64,000 nucleotides of DNA, taken from assembly GCA_964016885.1 (NCBI GenBank), contig OZ024752.1, positions 43,958,001 to 44,022,000 on the forward strand, in the 5' to 3' direction. Numbering within the stretch: the first letter of the stretch is position 1; each line of letters begins with the position of its first letter. The notes below the pieces were generated by a model. That model ran no database searches. It saw nothing but the letters and a program-made list of their open reading frames with translations, and was not told where the DNA came from. Shown here one piece after another: positions 1-12,350 of the stretch. A program made the translations under genes and the position numbers. The stretch is from Eledone cirrhosa (taxonomy: Eukaryota).

Positions 1-65
1 TTAGACTAAAGCAATTAGAAGACAATTTATCAAATATATACTTAATTCTTTTCCAGCATGCTTCC

Positions 66-271
66 TTAACCCTTTAGCATTTACATTACTCTATATTTAC
101 TATTGTATTTTTGTTGTAAAGGCTTTACTTCACATAATATTGAATCTATGAGATTTTGATATTATCTATTTTGAGAACAATACCTTAACATCAGTATGAG
201 CAGCCAGTTACAGCCAATTTGAACAGAAAGATGTGAGAGAATTCTGGCCAGTTTAAATGCTAAAGGGTTAA
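66..271. mobile_element. piggyBac-type MITE (~200 bp)
   Basis: TTAA TSD plus TIRs CCCTTTAGCATTTA...TAAATGCTAAAGGG; same family recurs several times in the window. Confidence 0.85.
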
Positions 272-1324
272 CTTATTCATCTTGGAATAAGTCCAAACAA
301 GTGAATGATTAAATAAATAAAAATATATTGTTTGAAAACAAGAAACAAAAGAAATACCATTATTTTTACAGAAAACAGAAGTTTTGCAGCAAAGATTTGA
401 ATAATACCTTTCATTAATTAAAATCAATTTACTTAAATAAGCTTTGGCAACAAGCAAGCTTTTACTTGCTACAATATTTTAGATGGGAAAGCAATAATGA
501 ATGAGACTCCCTTTGTAATTGTGAGCTCATAACCAAATCTAAAGTCTTTGCATTAATTTGGTACATCATCATCATCATTTGGTTTCAGCCATATGACTGG
601 ACTGTGGTCATACTGGGGCAACATTTTAGATCTTCGGAGATTATATAAATTCAATCTCAGTTGTTATTCCAATGTATCTCTTATTTTATTGATCTCATTA
701 TTACATAATAGGACAAAAGCAAGAACATTTTAAACATTGTTTTTAAGTAATATATTTATGCATTTGCAATTATTTTTTTCCAATAATCCACATCTCTTTC
801 TCCAGCAATATCAGATACTACTGCTAGTATATATATATAAAGAATTTGAAATTTGAAAGCCACAACAATGCAGATTGGATGGATAAATAATCAAGTCGTA
901 AGAAAAGAAGGGTGTTTTTTTTACCTTAATTTATTCATATCTCTTGATATTTCGAGAATAACATCTCTTCTTCCGAGGGAAGACTTCATTATTCATCTGT
1001 TCAATCCGCATTGTCATGGCTTTCAAACATTTAATTCTAATTCTTTACACCATATATAATGCTTCAAGTAAACTACAAATTCCATATCTTCTTCTTGGCC
1101 CACTTATTCCCAAAAGTGTTGTGGGGGCACACTCCACATATATACAAAATTCATTGTAACTACATATCTAAGTAGTTGGATGCGAGTTAATTTAAAATAA
1201 TGAAATAATCAAAAGTTAGCAGTCCAAAACTTATATGTAATGCATACGATGAAACATGTGTAAGTGTTACGCAATAAAAGTTATTCCCTCTCATCTGGAT
1301 TATGGTGTTTTAATATTTTTATAA

Positions 1325-1364
<40 letters not shown>

Positions 1365-1370
1365 GATTGG

Positions 1371-1401
<31 letters not shown>

Positions 1402-1731
1402 GGTTGGTCTCTCTCTCTCTATATATATATATATATGGTTGGTCTCTATATACATGACAATCCATGCCAGCATGGAATGACAATTATATATATATACCAG
1501 CATCATCATATATATATGTGTATATATCTCCCTGTAGTATTCATTGTGTCAGTTACATTGAGGAAGACTTAGCCCTTCAATAAACAAGGATTGATAAAAT
1601 AAATACCTGACAAAGACCTGGAGTTACAATTAACTAAAATCTCTAAAACTGCCATCTAGTGCGGCTCTAATTAAAACAATGAAATAAATAAAAAATAAAT
1701 GAATACATTTTTCTTTTTTATAAAAAAATAA

Positions 1732-1737
1732 TTTATT
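1732..1737 (-). terminator. Candidate RRP7A poly(A) signal
   Basis: AATAAA directly abuts the TAG stop codon. Confidence 0.45.
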
Positions 1738-1823
1738 CTAGAAAGGTTTGAACCTCCGCGCTGCTTTCATTAACGCTATTCTTTGTTTGTCTTCTTCAAA
1801 TTTTTTCCGCAATTCTTGTATTC
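1738..1823 (-). CDS. RRP7A: RRP7A exon 8 (terminal)
   Basis: RIQELRKKFEEDKQRIALMKAARRFKPF then TAG. Confidence 0.95.
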
Positions 1824-4800
1824 CTAAAATAATGAAAATAATTGTTTAAGAATAAAATATATATAAAACAGCAGAATATAATATAATATAAAATCCACAT
1901 AAAACAGCTTACAATATAAAATCCATATAAAACAGAGCTTACAATATAAAATCCATATTATGTAGATAATGATAAAATGTAAACTAGGAAGACTTACGGT
2001 TTTGTTGAGTCTCTTTTTTCTGGAAAGTATAAAAATCTAACAATTTCTGAAACAAAAAAAGTAGAAAATAAATAAGATAAAGAAATTATACTTGTTTCTA
2101 CTTAAGGCACAAGGCCAGCAATTTTGGAGGAAGGGAAAGTCAATTAAATCAATCCCAGTGCATTACTAGTACTTTATTTATTGACCGTAAGGAACAAAGC
2201 TAACCTTGGGGGGATTTGAACTCAAGATAAAAAGAAATAATAATAAAAATCCTAAGGTTTACAGTATCAGCAACAACAACAACAAAACTCGTTAATGTCT
2301 TGATTATGTATATTGTTTACATCAAATTACCTGTAACACCTGACGTTTCATGTAACACAGATTAACGGGTTTCCTTATATTACATGATTGTTTAGGATGA
2401 TGATGATAATGTAAATATATATTTATATATATTAGACGGTAGCCACGGAGTAGGCAGACCCAGAAAAACCTGGGACGACATGATAAATTTTGACCTCACA
2501 CGCTTACACCTCTCCAAGACAATGTCACTGGACCGAGACCTTTGGCGGTACTCAGTAATAGAGAAGACCTGCCTTACCTAAATACAAAGTAAAACCTACT
2601 ACAGTCAGTAGGCATCTCTATCACCCCCCCCCCCCCCCCATCCACACCGCCCCCTTCAATGTAAAGTTATGTTGGTGCCACAACATCCAGGCCGAAACAA
2701 ATGAGATCGTGTAGGTGTCACGACAAAAAAAAAACACACAGTCCACGCTGTAATGTGGCCATGTAGGCAACACGGTAAAAACCTCCCAGCCCCACACTGT
2801 AAATGTGGTTGGTGTTAGGAAGGGCATCCAGCTGTAGAAAACCCGCCAGACAGTCCTATGCGAGCAAGACAATCACTCTTGCCTCAAGTGGGAAAACCCC
2901 CGTCCAAACCCATGCAAGCGTGGAACACGGACGTTAAACGTTGATGATGATGATGATGATATAGAAAAGGCTTCTTATACTCTGCTTTGTATTGAGTACC
3001 TTATTTACTGTGGTTACCCCCGATTGAACCCAGGGTAAACTTATATATATATATTAGTCGTGCTTTTCATGATTTTGGCTGGGTTTTACTGACTGGATGC
3101 TCTTCCTATCACCAACCACAGTGTGGACTGGGTGCATTGGTTGTGCCAGTAGCACTAAAGAAGTTGTCTTACCAGACTTAACAGACCTCTCCAAATCCCA
3201 GTGGAAGGAAGCCACAATAGAGGATGACCAGGAAAGACCTGGGCAGAGGAGATGAAGGAACGTGACAAGTGGAGAGATGCTATGTTGAGACCTGTACAAC
3301 CCATGCAAGAACGGAAAAGTGGACGTAAAAATGATGACGATGATGATATATATATATATATATATATGATGATGATGATGATGATATATAAAAGCACTTC
3401 TGGGTAGGAAATGATGAGGGGTTAGGTGAAGTGGATATTTTACTAGTTGATAAGTGGATAGATAAGATAATTAAGTTAGTTAAAAGATAAGATAATTGAG
3501 GTAGTTAAAGTGACAGAATTATCAAACCGAGAAGAGTGATAAGCAAGAAAATGACGACCAGGGTTAAATAAAGAACAAAATGGCCTCTTACAGACGACCT
3601 TAATAACAGTAGCACCAAGATAGCCAGTCCAGAGCACATGGTGGCTGTAGATATGACTCAAGGAAAAAAACTTCTAGTATTTTTACGCCTGTTCTTCCAC
3701 ACTAGCATGGGTTAGACGGGTTGTCCTGTTGTGGGCAATGTCCGGTCGGCTGACCTTGTCCTGCTCATACGGGAACTGATTCTGGCTTGATTTCTACAGC
3801 TGGATGCCCTTCCTAACACCAATCTCATTTACAGTGAGTGCTGGGTGCTTTCTTGCCAAGGAATGATATGGACCCCAGTTCTATCATCTCATTTCTACAG
3901 CTGAGTAAACTGGAACAATGTGAAATAAAGTGTCTTGCTCAAGGAAACAACACATCACCCGGTCTGAGAATTGTACTCACAACCTTTTGATTGCAAGCCC
4001 TATGCTCTAACCACTACCACTAAGCCAAGCGCCTAGTATTAGTGATGTAAATGACTGAACCATTTGCAATACTAACTTAAGAAAACCAGTCAACTACTTG
4101 ATCACCAATCAGGCAAACATGTAAGCCAGATTGACTTTACACCTCTTAGAAAATGGGTTAGGCCCTCTCTTTTCCATTCATTCTCCTCGTTCAGTAATCT
4201 CTATAGCACTTCCATGACATCATTGTATGTGATCCATTGTTGTTTCTTACACAATCTCTCTCCCATGCATTCAACAACCTCAGAACACTTCCATGCTTCC
4301 CTACTTTAGTAAAGCTAAATAAGCTACCATTGTTTCTCTCTCACAAAGTACTGGTTCTCTCATGTACACTGTCTTACAATCTGAATCAATGACTTTCTTA
4401 ATGAGTATTAACAAAACCAGATTGGGCCACCATGTTTCCAACAAAGTGTTGCGTGCATGCGTGCATCAGCCCACAGCTTCCCGCTAATACAACCATGTCC
4501 TCCACTTTCCACCAGATCATCCTACCAGGGCCTTCCTCTCATTCGACACAGTTACTGTGGGCTGGAAGAGGACACCTGGCAGGCCTTCTCGCAGCAGATG
4601 GCTGGATATCATCAGGGAAGACCTCCAGAGGCTGGAAATCACCTTGGAGGATCCAGAGGAACTGGCACAGGACCACCAGCAATGGGAGTGGTTGGTGGAC
4701 CTAGTCGGCCTCGTCTAGCAACAACAACAACAATATAAACTAAACACATACTCGTTCTGACTTTCTTTTCTTTTGTTTTCTTCTGATGTGATTTGGTATT

Positions 4801-7800
4801 TTAGGATCAGCAGCTTTTACTTTAGACAGCTTAGTAACCTTCATCCAACCTTCGGCATCAGCATCTTCCGTTTTCTCTTTTAGTTTCTGTTTTTCCTGAA
4901 AATATTTGTAAAATTTGACAATCTTTGACAATGTTTCTATCCTAAAATCTGTAAACATGAAGACAGAGAGAGAGAATAAAAATAAGATTCTTTAATGTTG
5001 TTAGTTATTGTTTAATCCCAGTTCAACAACTATGACCATTACATACATTTTTGTTTGTTTTTCAGACAGTGTATCGAGAATATTACCCAATGTGTCTGGT
5101 GTCTTTTTAAAGATGTGATTTGAGGAAGATTTGGCTGATGTTTCCAGCAGGTCAAAAAACAATGTAGAGGCAACTCTTAATAATGTCTTTGATGGTAGAA
5201 TTCTTCAATGAATATTACAAGCAAACAGTACCAAGAATAATGAAATGTTGGAGAGAAGAGCGAGTCACACAATACTTCAGAAAAAGTGCTTTTCCTCAAT
5301 ATTGGATGTCAGAGTCTGTTAGAAAATATCCAACCAATGTCACTGGCTTCTGGTAGAAACCATTTGTAAGTAACGGGAAGATTCCCAGGTTCAACAGACA
5401 GAACATGGATGTGTTACGTAGGAAAGATTCAGTTCCGTGAATTTGGATTCTATGGAACAAGCGCCCAGCCCACACTTTAAAGTGTCCTGTCGGTGTCATG
5501 ACAAAAAGCAGTTTCATGCGGTACAGGATGTTAAGAGTGAAATAATCACAGACACTTTTCCAAACTGAAGCAATATTCCATTTTTAGAAATAATAAAAAA
5601 ACAAATTACCAAAACCTGGTTTTCATCATAACTTTCAAAATAATCATCCAATTCTTTTTTCACTTCGTTGATATTTTCAGTATTATCAGTATAATCTTGA
5701 CACCATTCTGAATACAAGAAAGATTCAACAATAAATATACTTTTACGTAGATACAGTAAAATAAATACAGTAAAATAATATACTTTTATGATTAGATAGA
5801 TGGTCTTGGAGAATCATAGTCAAATGAAAAAAAAACAATGTTGATAGGTGAAGATATGGCTGTATGGTTGAGGAGTTTACTGAACAACCATGAGGAAATT
5901 TTGGTAGACGGAATCTACAGAAGCTTATCATATATATATATATATATATATATCATCATCATCATCATCATTTTACGTCTGCGTTTTCCCTGCTTGCAAG
6001 GGTGGGACGGGAACTGACTCTGGCTTGATTTCTACAGCTGGATGCCCTTCCTAACACCAACCTCATTTACAGTGAGTGCTGGGTGCTTTTTTTTCTGTGG
6101 CAACTCCACGACCACTTTGCAGTGGAATGATAGGGACCCCAGTCTCTACAGCTGAGTAAACTGGAGCAATGTGAAATAAAGTGTCTTGCTCAAGGAAACA
6201 ACACATCACACGGTCTGAGAATTGAACTCACAACCTTTCGATTGCAAGGCCAATGCTCTAACCACTAAGCCATGTGCCCCCATGCATACATACATAAATA
6301 TATGGAGGCACATGGCTTAGTGGTTAGAGCATTGGCCTTGCAATCGAAAGGTTGTGAGTTCAATTCTCAGACTGGGTGATGTGTTGTTTCCTTGAGCAAG
6401 ACACTTTATTTCACATTGCTCCAGTTTACTCAGCTTTAGAAATGAGATGATAGGGACTGGGGTCCATATCATTCCACTGCAAAAAAGCACCCAGCACTCA
6501 CTGTAAATGAGGTTGGTGTTTGGAAGGGCATCCAGCTGTAGAAATCAAGCCAAAATCAGTTCCCGTCCCACCCTCGCAAGCAGGGAAAAAGCGGACGTAA
6601 AATGAAATGATGATGAAATGATGATATATATATGTATGTATGTATATATATATGTGTGTGTGTGTGTGTAAGTATATATATATATATATATAGATGGGTC
6701 GGACTGTTTTAGTTTGAGAACTTTTCAAGAGCCTTAGGCAGACATGTGACATAGATCCAAGCCATTGTTTAGGAGAAGCTCATATATCCTAAATCATTTC
6801 ATGCTAGTCTAAAACCGATACACAGACTCTGTTTCAATGGATCACTATGTAGGGTTTAGTGAGGCAGTCAAAGCAGATTGTATCTATGTTGCTCTTCAAT
6901 CTGTGGATGTTTGAAGACTGAAATGGTGGTTTCAGCAGATACCAGTAAGATGGACTGGGTGCAGACAACAGTCAGTACAGCAGCTGATCTACTGATCTTG
7001 GAGTTATTTTGTGTTTACTTAAAGTGTTTTTTGAAAAGCTGTAGTTTACCTCTAGGTTTACCTTGAGCCAATCGCAAAGCTTTTCAACCGTGACCATCCT
7101 ATTTTTATTTAGGATATGTCTAGAACTACATTAACCAACGTATCCCTTCCTTATTATAGTAAAGTGTGACAAGGGAGATTTGGCTGCTATTTCTAACAAG
7201 TCAAGCGACCACATAAAGGCTAACTTGTTGGCTTAATTCCCAAATAATTCTATTAATAAATATTACATAAAAACGAAAATTTAAGAAATGGTAAAGAAAG
7301 TCAAAACATACTTTTAACTCCGGCGTTCTGTGAAAGATACTCTTTGTCCTTTATTAAGACTTTTACATCATCTTGAAATATTTTCATAGCTTTTTTTAAA
7401 CATTTCTCATTTTTGAAGACAATATATGCTACTTTGTAACACTGAAAAAGTAAAAAAATAATATGATTTTAAAATATATATAAGTCTATAATAATTTTAC
7501 TTAAGCCTTTAGCATTTACATTACTCTATATATACCATAACTCGCCTAACAAATACTAGCGTGGAAAAATGAACGTTAAACGATGAAGATGATGATAACA
7601 AGGATTGTAATTGCGTAAGGTTATATCGACTACAATATTTCGTTTAGTATTTATTTTATCAATCACAGAAGCTAAGCGGCAAAGTTGACTAGGCATAAAG
7701 GGAGGTAACCACGATAAATCGAAATATCACGTATTTTTGATTGACACCAATTTTTGCAATAACATACCAACACACACACACATCAAATGAGCTTCCACAT

Positions 7801-9653
7801 AATTTTTATCTCCCAGATTTTACTCACAAGTCTTTGTTTGACTTGAAGCTATGTCTGAAGACATAAGCTTTTTGTTTTCATGCTTCTAATGAAAAACATT
7901 GCTTGTGTGTTTCAAATAATTTTGAAAATATTCAAGTATTTGGAGTGATTTAGTAATATAACTTTCTCATGTAGCTGGTGTTTGGAAAATAACAAAGGTT
8001 GTTATATAATATTATGATGGAAGGTGTTTAGATAAATATAAACATTTTAAAATAAACAGGCTTGTATCATAGAATCAGGAGTTGTTTCAGGTTTGATATC
8101 AAGTCTTAAAATATCAAACTTAAGATCATGTGTCTGTGAAGTGAACTTAACCACAGTTATTCATTTGAATTTAATTTATTGCTTGTGTTTATTCAGGCGA
8201 CAAAAATATATCATCATCATCATTTTAACATTTGATTTACCACTCTAGCATAGATTGGCTAAGTTAATGTCCCACAGCTGAATAAACTGATGTCAACTCT
8301 TTTAGTCATTTCTTATGACAGGGATATAGTATACCTATTCTAAAAGCTGCAATACACAGCTATGTATATTTATATATTACAATACTTTGCAGTATTGTAT
8401 TTAGAGTTATTTTCTAACACCTAACATTGGATTGTTGCTATTGAATTTCAGAGTCCTTTATTTTGCCAAGGAAAAGTATTAGCACCTATTAAATAATGTA
8501 GGAGGATTTTAATTCAAATAAGAACTATTTAAAATGATTGTTTTTTTTCCAAAGAACCAAGGGTGGTTTGGTATTACAAGGGTTAAGTCACAATATAAAG
8601 GAATAGTCGTACCATTGAAGGGTCTGTGTTTGGTATATATTTTGATAGCTGCTCACAAACAGGATCTGATGTTGGCTTCATGTTCAAATATACACTTTCT
8701 ATTTGGCCACATTTTGAGAAAAAGTCCTCCAAGCATTTCTAAAAATAAAAACAGGAACTTAAGAAATTGAATGATTGCACATTTCATGCCTTTCTCTCCA
8801 TATATTCACCCCAAACAATGGATGCAGGTTTGAACTAGACAACAGCAATTGTTTTCTGCCCAACAGGTAGGTACATAACATAATTGGATTTGACAACCCT
8901 GTCTATAGTTGAATAATTTCTTTCTCCAGCAGTAACCTGGTGCTGTCTGCGACTACTCCAGGCTCTGATGTAAGCTTTTTGAATTCATGTTATTTAAACG
9001 TTATAGTTGATAAATATTTGAAATATTCTAATTAAAGACATACCTTATTCACATATGGAGGAATATTAATTACAAACAGGGTTCTATCTTTTGGTCGTTG
9101 GGGATCAGCTTCTCTTGTAGAATGAGGTTTAATAAAAATATGTCGGATAACTTCACTGTCTTCGGTTATTTTCACAGAAATAACTGCAAATAAAAACAAT
9201 ATAACACAATAATAAAAGAAAAGTATATTGATTCCCTAAAATCAATCTTTATATTTCCATCTTTTAATGTGAAGATGATGCAAATGTAGTTTATGATATC
9301 AGTCTTTATATTTCCACCTTTTATTATTACAAATTTGAGCGAGTAAACCTAAAAATTAATAATTTTGTACGTTAAGTATACCAGTAATAGTTTTAATAAA
9401 CTTAACATATTCTCTATTGAGGGATTCTTGAACAGAAGTTCTTCACCACAAACGATACTAAATCGTTTTATTTTTGTTTCTTTTTTTTTAAATGTTTGAA
9501 ATCTCAACACAATTTAAACAAATGCTTTAATCGATAAATTCAAATCTAAAACAAACAGAATGAGGTTAATTACTGCACACAACTAACAAAACAGACATAT
9601 TTAGTAAAATAAACTTTACCTTTAAAACCAAGCACGTTGTGTTCGGCGGCCAT
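1738..9653 (-). CDS. RRP7A: Ribosomal RNA-processing protein 7 homolog A, whole spliced gene (8 coding exons, ~268 aa)
   Basis: Exons 9620-9653, 9044-9183, 8613-8738, 7312-7441, 5610-5707, 4752-4895, 1998-2046, 1738-1823 join in phase through GT-AG introns (807 nt including stop). Translation has RRP7 hallmarks RTLFVINIPPY, KVAYIVFK, DAEGWMKVT, LLDFYTFQ and C-terminal LRKKFEEDKQRIALMKAARRFKPF*. Confidence 0.95.
1998..2046 (-). CDS. RRP7A: RRP7A exon 7
   Basis: KLLDFYTFQKKETQQN; donor GTAAGT. Confidence 0.92.
2093..2235 (-). mobile_element. SINE family B fragment
   Basis: Shares CCCAGT...TACTTTATTT..GACC...GGATTTGAACTCA core with 59030-59217. Confidence 0.6.
2433..2600 (+). mobile_element. 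RTE-clade LINE 3' fragment
   Basis: Translates GRPRKTWDDMINFDL...LDRDLWR, a typical RTE ORF C-terminus. Confidence 0.7.
2710..2960 (+). mobile_element. Headless RTE-tailed SINE-like repeat
   Basis: GGTTGGTGTTAGGAAGGGCATCCAGCTGTAGAAA core, CCCATGCAAGCGTGGAA...GGACGTTAAAC and (GAT)n tail; near-identical to 57781-58130. Confidence 0.8.
3195..3345 (+). mobile_element. RTE-type 3' tail fragment
   Basis: PGKTWAEEM...DKWR-like coding remnant followed by the shared CCCATGCAAG...GGACGTAAAA(ATG)n tail. Confidence 0.6.
3681..4034 (-). mobile_element. tRNA-derived SINE family A
   Basis: Reverse-complement match to 6303-6625. Confidence 0.85.
4400..4733 (+). mobile_element. RTE-clade LINE 3' end
   Basis: GWKRTPGRPSRSRWLDIIREDLQRLEITLEDPEELAQDHQQWEWLV then stop and (CAA)n tail. 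Confidence 0.75.
4752..4895 (-). CDS. RRP7A: RRP7A exon 6
   Basis: EKQKLKEKTEDADAEGWMKVTKLSKVKAADPKIPNHIRRKQKKRKSER; AG/GT bounded. Confidence 0.93.
5610..5707 (-). CDS. RRP7A: RRP7A exon 5
   Basis: KWCQDYTDNTENINEVKKELDDYFESYDENQVL; donor GTAATT (an alternative in-frame donor 6 nt earlier would end the exon at 5616). Confidence 0.88.
5953..6282 (-). mobile_element. tRNA-derived SINE family A
   Basis: Inverted full-length copy head-to-head with 6303-6625. Confidence 0.9.
6303..6625 (+). mobile_element. tRNA-derived SINE family A (tRNA head, CORE-like body, RTE-type tail)
   Basis: Pol III A box TGGCTTAGTGG, B box GAGTTCAATTC, CORE-like CCTTGAGCAAGACACTT, (ATG)n tail; six copies in window. 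Confidence 0.9.
7312..7441 (-). CDS. RRP7A: RRP7A exon 4
   Basis: CYKVAYIVFKNEKCLKKAMKIFQDDVKVLIKDKEYLSQNAGVK; AG/GT bounded. Confidence 0.92.
8613..8738 (-). CDS. RRP7A: RRP7A exon 3
   Basis: KCLEDFFSKCGQIESVYLNMKPTSDPVCEQLSKYIPNTDPSM; AG/GT bounded, phase 0. Confidence 0.9.
9044..9183 (-). CDS. RRP7A: RRP7A exon 2
   Basis: VISVKITEDSEVIRHIFIKPHSTREADPQRPKDRTLFVINIPPYVNK; AG/GT bounded. Confidence 0.95.
9620..9653 (-). CDS. RRP7A: RRP7A exon 1 (MAAEHNVLGFK)
   Basis: ATG in AAACATGGCC context, donor G|GTAAAG, phase matches exon 2. Confidence 0.85.
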
Positions 9654-9745
9654 GTTTGTGTCAACCGGAAGTAGTGTAATTAGTGAAATCGACATCTGTA
9701 TTTCCGGTGTTCTGCTAATATTTCAAAACTGGAAGATGGACGTCT
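9640..9745. promoter_or_regulatory. TATA-less housekeeping promoter of RRP7A, possibly bidirectional
   Basis: Local CpG enrichment; ETS/GABP motifs CCGGAAGT (9665-9672, +) and TTTCCGGT (9701-9708, inverted); YY1-like AACATGGCCGCC over the RRP7A ATG and AAGATGGAC (9733-9741) on the opposite strand. Confidence 0.6.
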
Positions 9746-11967
9746 ACTTTTACATGCTGTCTTTGGTTTATTTTACCAGGAATACATCTTACAGGTATTC
9801 TTATTATATTCCCTATACCATATATAATTTATATTATAGTATCCCAAGTATTTTGTTATCTTTATTTATTACCATATGTTCAATGACACAAAATTGTCTT
9901 TAATATATTTCAAGTAATGTCAGATATTTAAAAACTGTGCATATTTAATTCTGAGTTTGTTGTTTTATTTTTATTGTTTACATTCTTCATGAGAATTTAG
10001 CGAATGTCACTTGTGATGAATCAGATTTTCCTCTTTTTATTATAACTCCAACAAATAAATGTCAATCTAAACTAAGTTTTATCTCGTAATTCTATATAAT
10101 GTATAAAATCTGGAATAGCTAACTTGGGTTTACACTTCAGAACAGCTTTTACACAGTCTTCTTTCTTAAATCGCAATCAATGTATGTAATATTTTTATTC
10201 TGTGACAATATCTAGAATTAAACTTCTATTTAGAGTAGAATTTATAAATTTATTTCGAACACTTTCGTTCAGTTTTTCTGAACGAGAACATTTTCATGTC
10301 TAACATAACATCTTGCGTAACTATATTAAAAACCGTTGTTTACTTTGTAAATCCCTGGCCAACTATATTGGATTCCAGCTCAGTGTAAACAGTTAGAGTC
10401 TAATCTTATAATTGGTTTCTCATTACAACGAAATGTGAAATATTAGTAGCTGGTTGTTTCATTTATTCTGTTGTTTCGTTGTTGTGGTTATGATGCTGTT
10501 CCCTACTCTCTTATCATTTGTGACACTGACGAGTTGAATGTCAAATAAATCGTCACAGAATCAACCCATCTCCATTGATTCCTCTAGAACTATTCTAAAT
10601 CATGTATCTGTAATGTTTGCAGAATATACGATTGATTAAATTATTGTTTTACGAACTAGCTATCAGTATTTTATAGTAGTGTGATGGCAAGAGAGAAAAG
10701 TTACTTTACATTTGACAAATCAATATAATAATCTATATGTGTGTATGTGAATATATAATTCATTTCTTAATATATAATGTAACATTTACACGCATATGTA
10801 TTAGCAAGTTCCCACTTGAAAGCTTGAAGGAAATGTATAGCTCCTATTCTGTCAATTAACAGGTGAGGGTGGTTGTTGCTCACATACATACACATATAAA
10901 GACGGGTCCAGTGTCTAAGTCAATGTGTATGTCTCATAATTCATTAAAAAAACGACTCGGGGTTAGAGAAAAAAAAAAAGCAAACGAAAAAATGTGGAAT
11001 ATCATAACTGTAATTAGCTCCATATTTTGTGTTTATTTAAAAATTAAACTTGATTAATAAGATATGGATATCTGTTTATTAGAAGTAATTCTGTTTTCTG
11101 TTCGGTTTATCGTCAAACTCATATCTCAACCTTTCTAAATGTCTTATAAATATGAAGAAATCCTTCTTTCATATTCATCTCGTCTACAACTTGTTTCTAG
11201 TCAGTCCTGTTTCTAGAAGTTATTCGCTTTTCATATCCGAACTAGAAATGCCTGCCTTAAAATGTTAATAATTACAGTAAAAAAAACAACTCCTTTTTCG
11301 ACAGTTAATTCTATTTTGCTAACAATCCCCAGTGTATCGTGGTAGACTATCTATTGGTTAGAATTGCTGCCATCAATTTTAGCATCATTGATTTCAAACC
11401 TTTCTACCATTGACGCCACTATACACATGTTAAATGATGCCAATAAGCACACGAACTGTAATAAGTGTATATATATAATGACTGTGACTTAGTTATACAT
11501 ACGTTCACACAGCACCCTGATATCAATAGTATTTCTACATCAATACCTACATGTGCATATGTCACCCCTTCCTTCTTGTTCTTCACTATTTCTAATTTTA
11601 CTGCATTTCTACAACAAATACTTTCTGTCTTCTAAGAATTGAAAAAAACAACAAAAAAACTGTATATCTTCTCCACAGCGATAATTATTTGGCGAAGCAC
11701 ACACATTGTATAACCACATACTGTTATTGGCAGTATGTGGTTATACATATTACATTACACACACACACACATACATATATATATAACGTATGCCGTATAT
11801 ATATATATATATATATACAGGAGTTAACCAGTTTAAAACTAGTAAGACCATTATTTTGCAGAGTACTCGATACTTAGTGTGACTATATTAGAGAGAGTCG
11901 GGGCTCGACGGCCGAGCTCCTGCTATTTTTCTTTGGATCGAACTGAAAGAGTTTTTATTAAATAATT

Positions 11968-12022
<55 letters not shown>

Positions 12023-12239
12023 CATTACAGATTGCTCACAATTCTTTCAGAATAACATTACAAATATAATGTTGATAAACACAAATAATAAGTACAACCA
12101 ACCCTTTAGGAACCTCACAAATATAAACATATATGATAAGTACAACCAACCATTGCTAGGAACCTCACAAAAACACCAAAATATATATGACTAGAGCGAG
12201 AGAAAAAAATGGGGGAAGCAAAAACGAAACTACCATCAA

Positions 12240-12350
12240 TGTTCATTTTCATGACATTTGTACATTATTCTATGTACTATACATGCACCTTTGATGAGTT
12301 GTAGTGCACCTGAGCACTGTACACAATAATTTCATTATTATATTATTATT
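12240..12350 (+). mobile_element. CR1-like LINE 3' tail
   Basis: Nearly identical to 40520-40625, ending in (ATT)n. Confidence 0.7.

Noticed and set aside
6303-6375. tRNA gene
   Set aside because: tRNA-like head continues into the SINE body in all six copies; acceptor stem not intact and no Pol III terminator after the head
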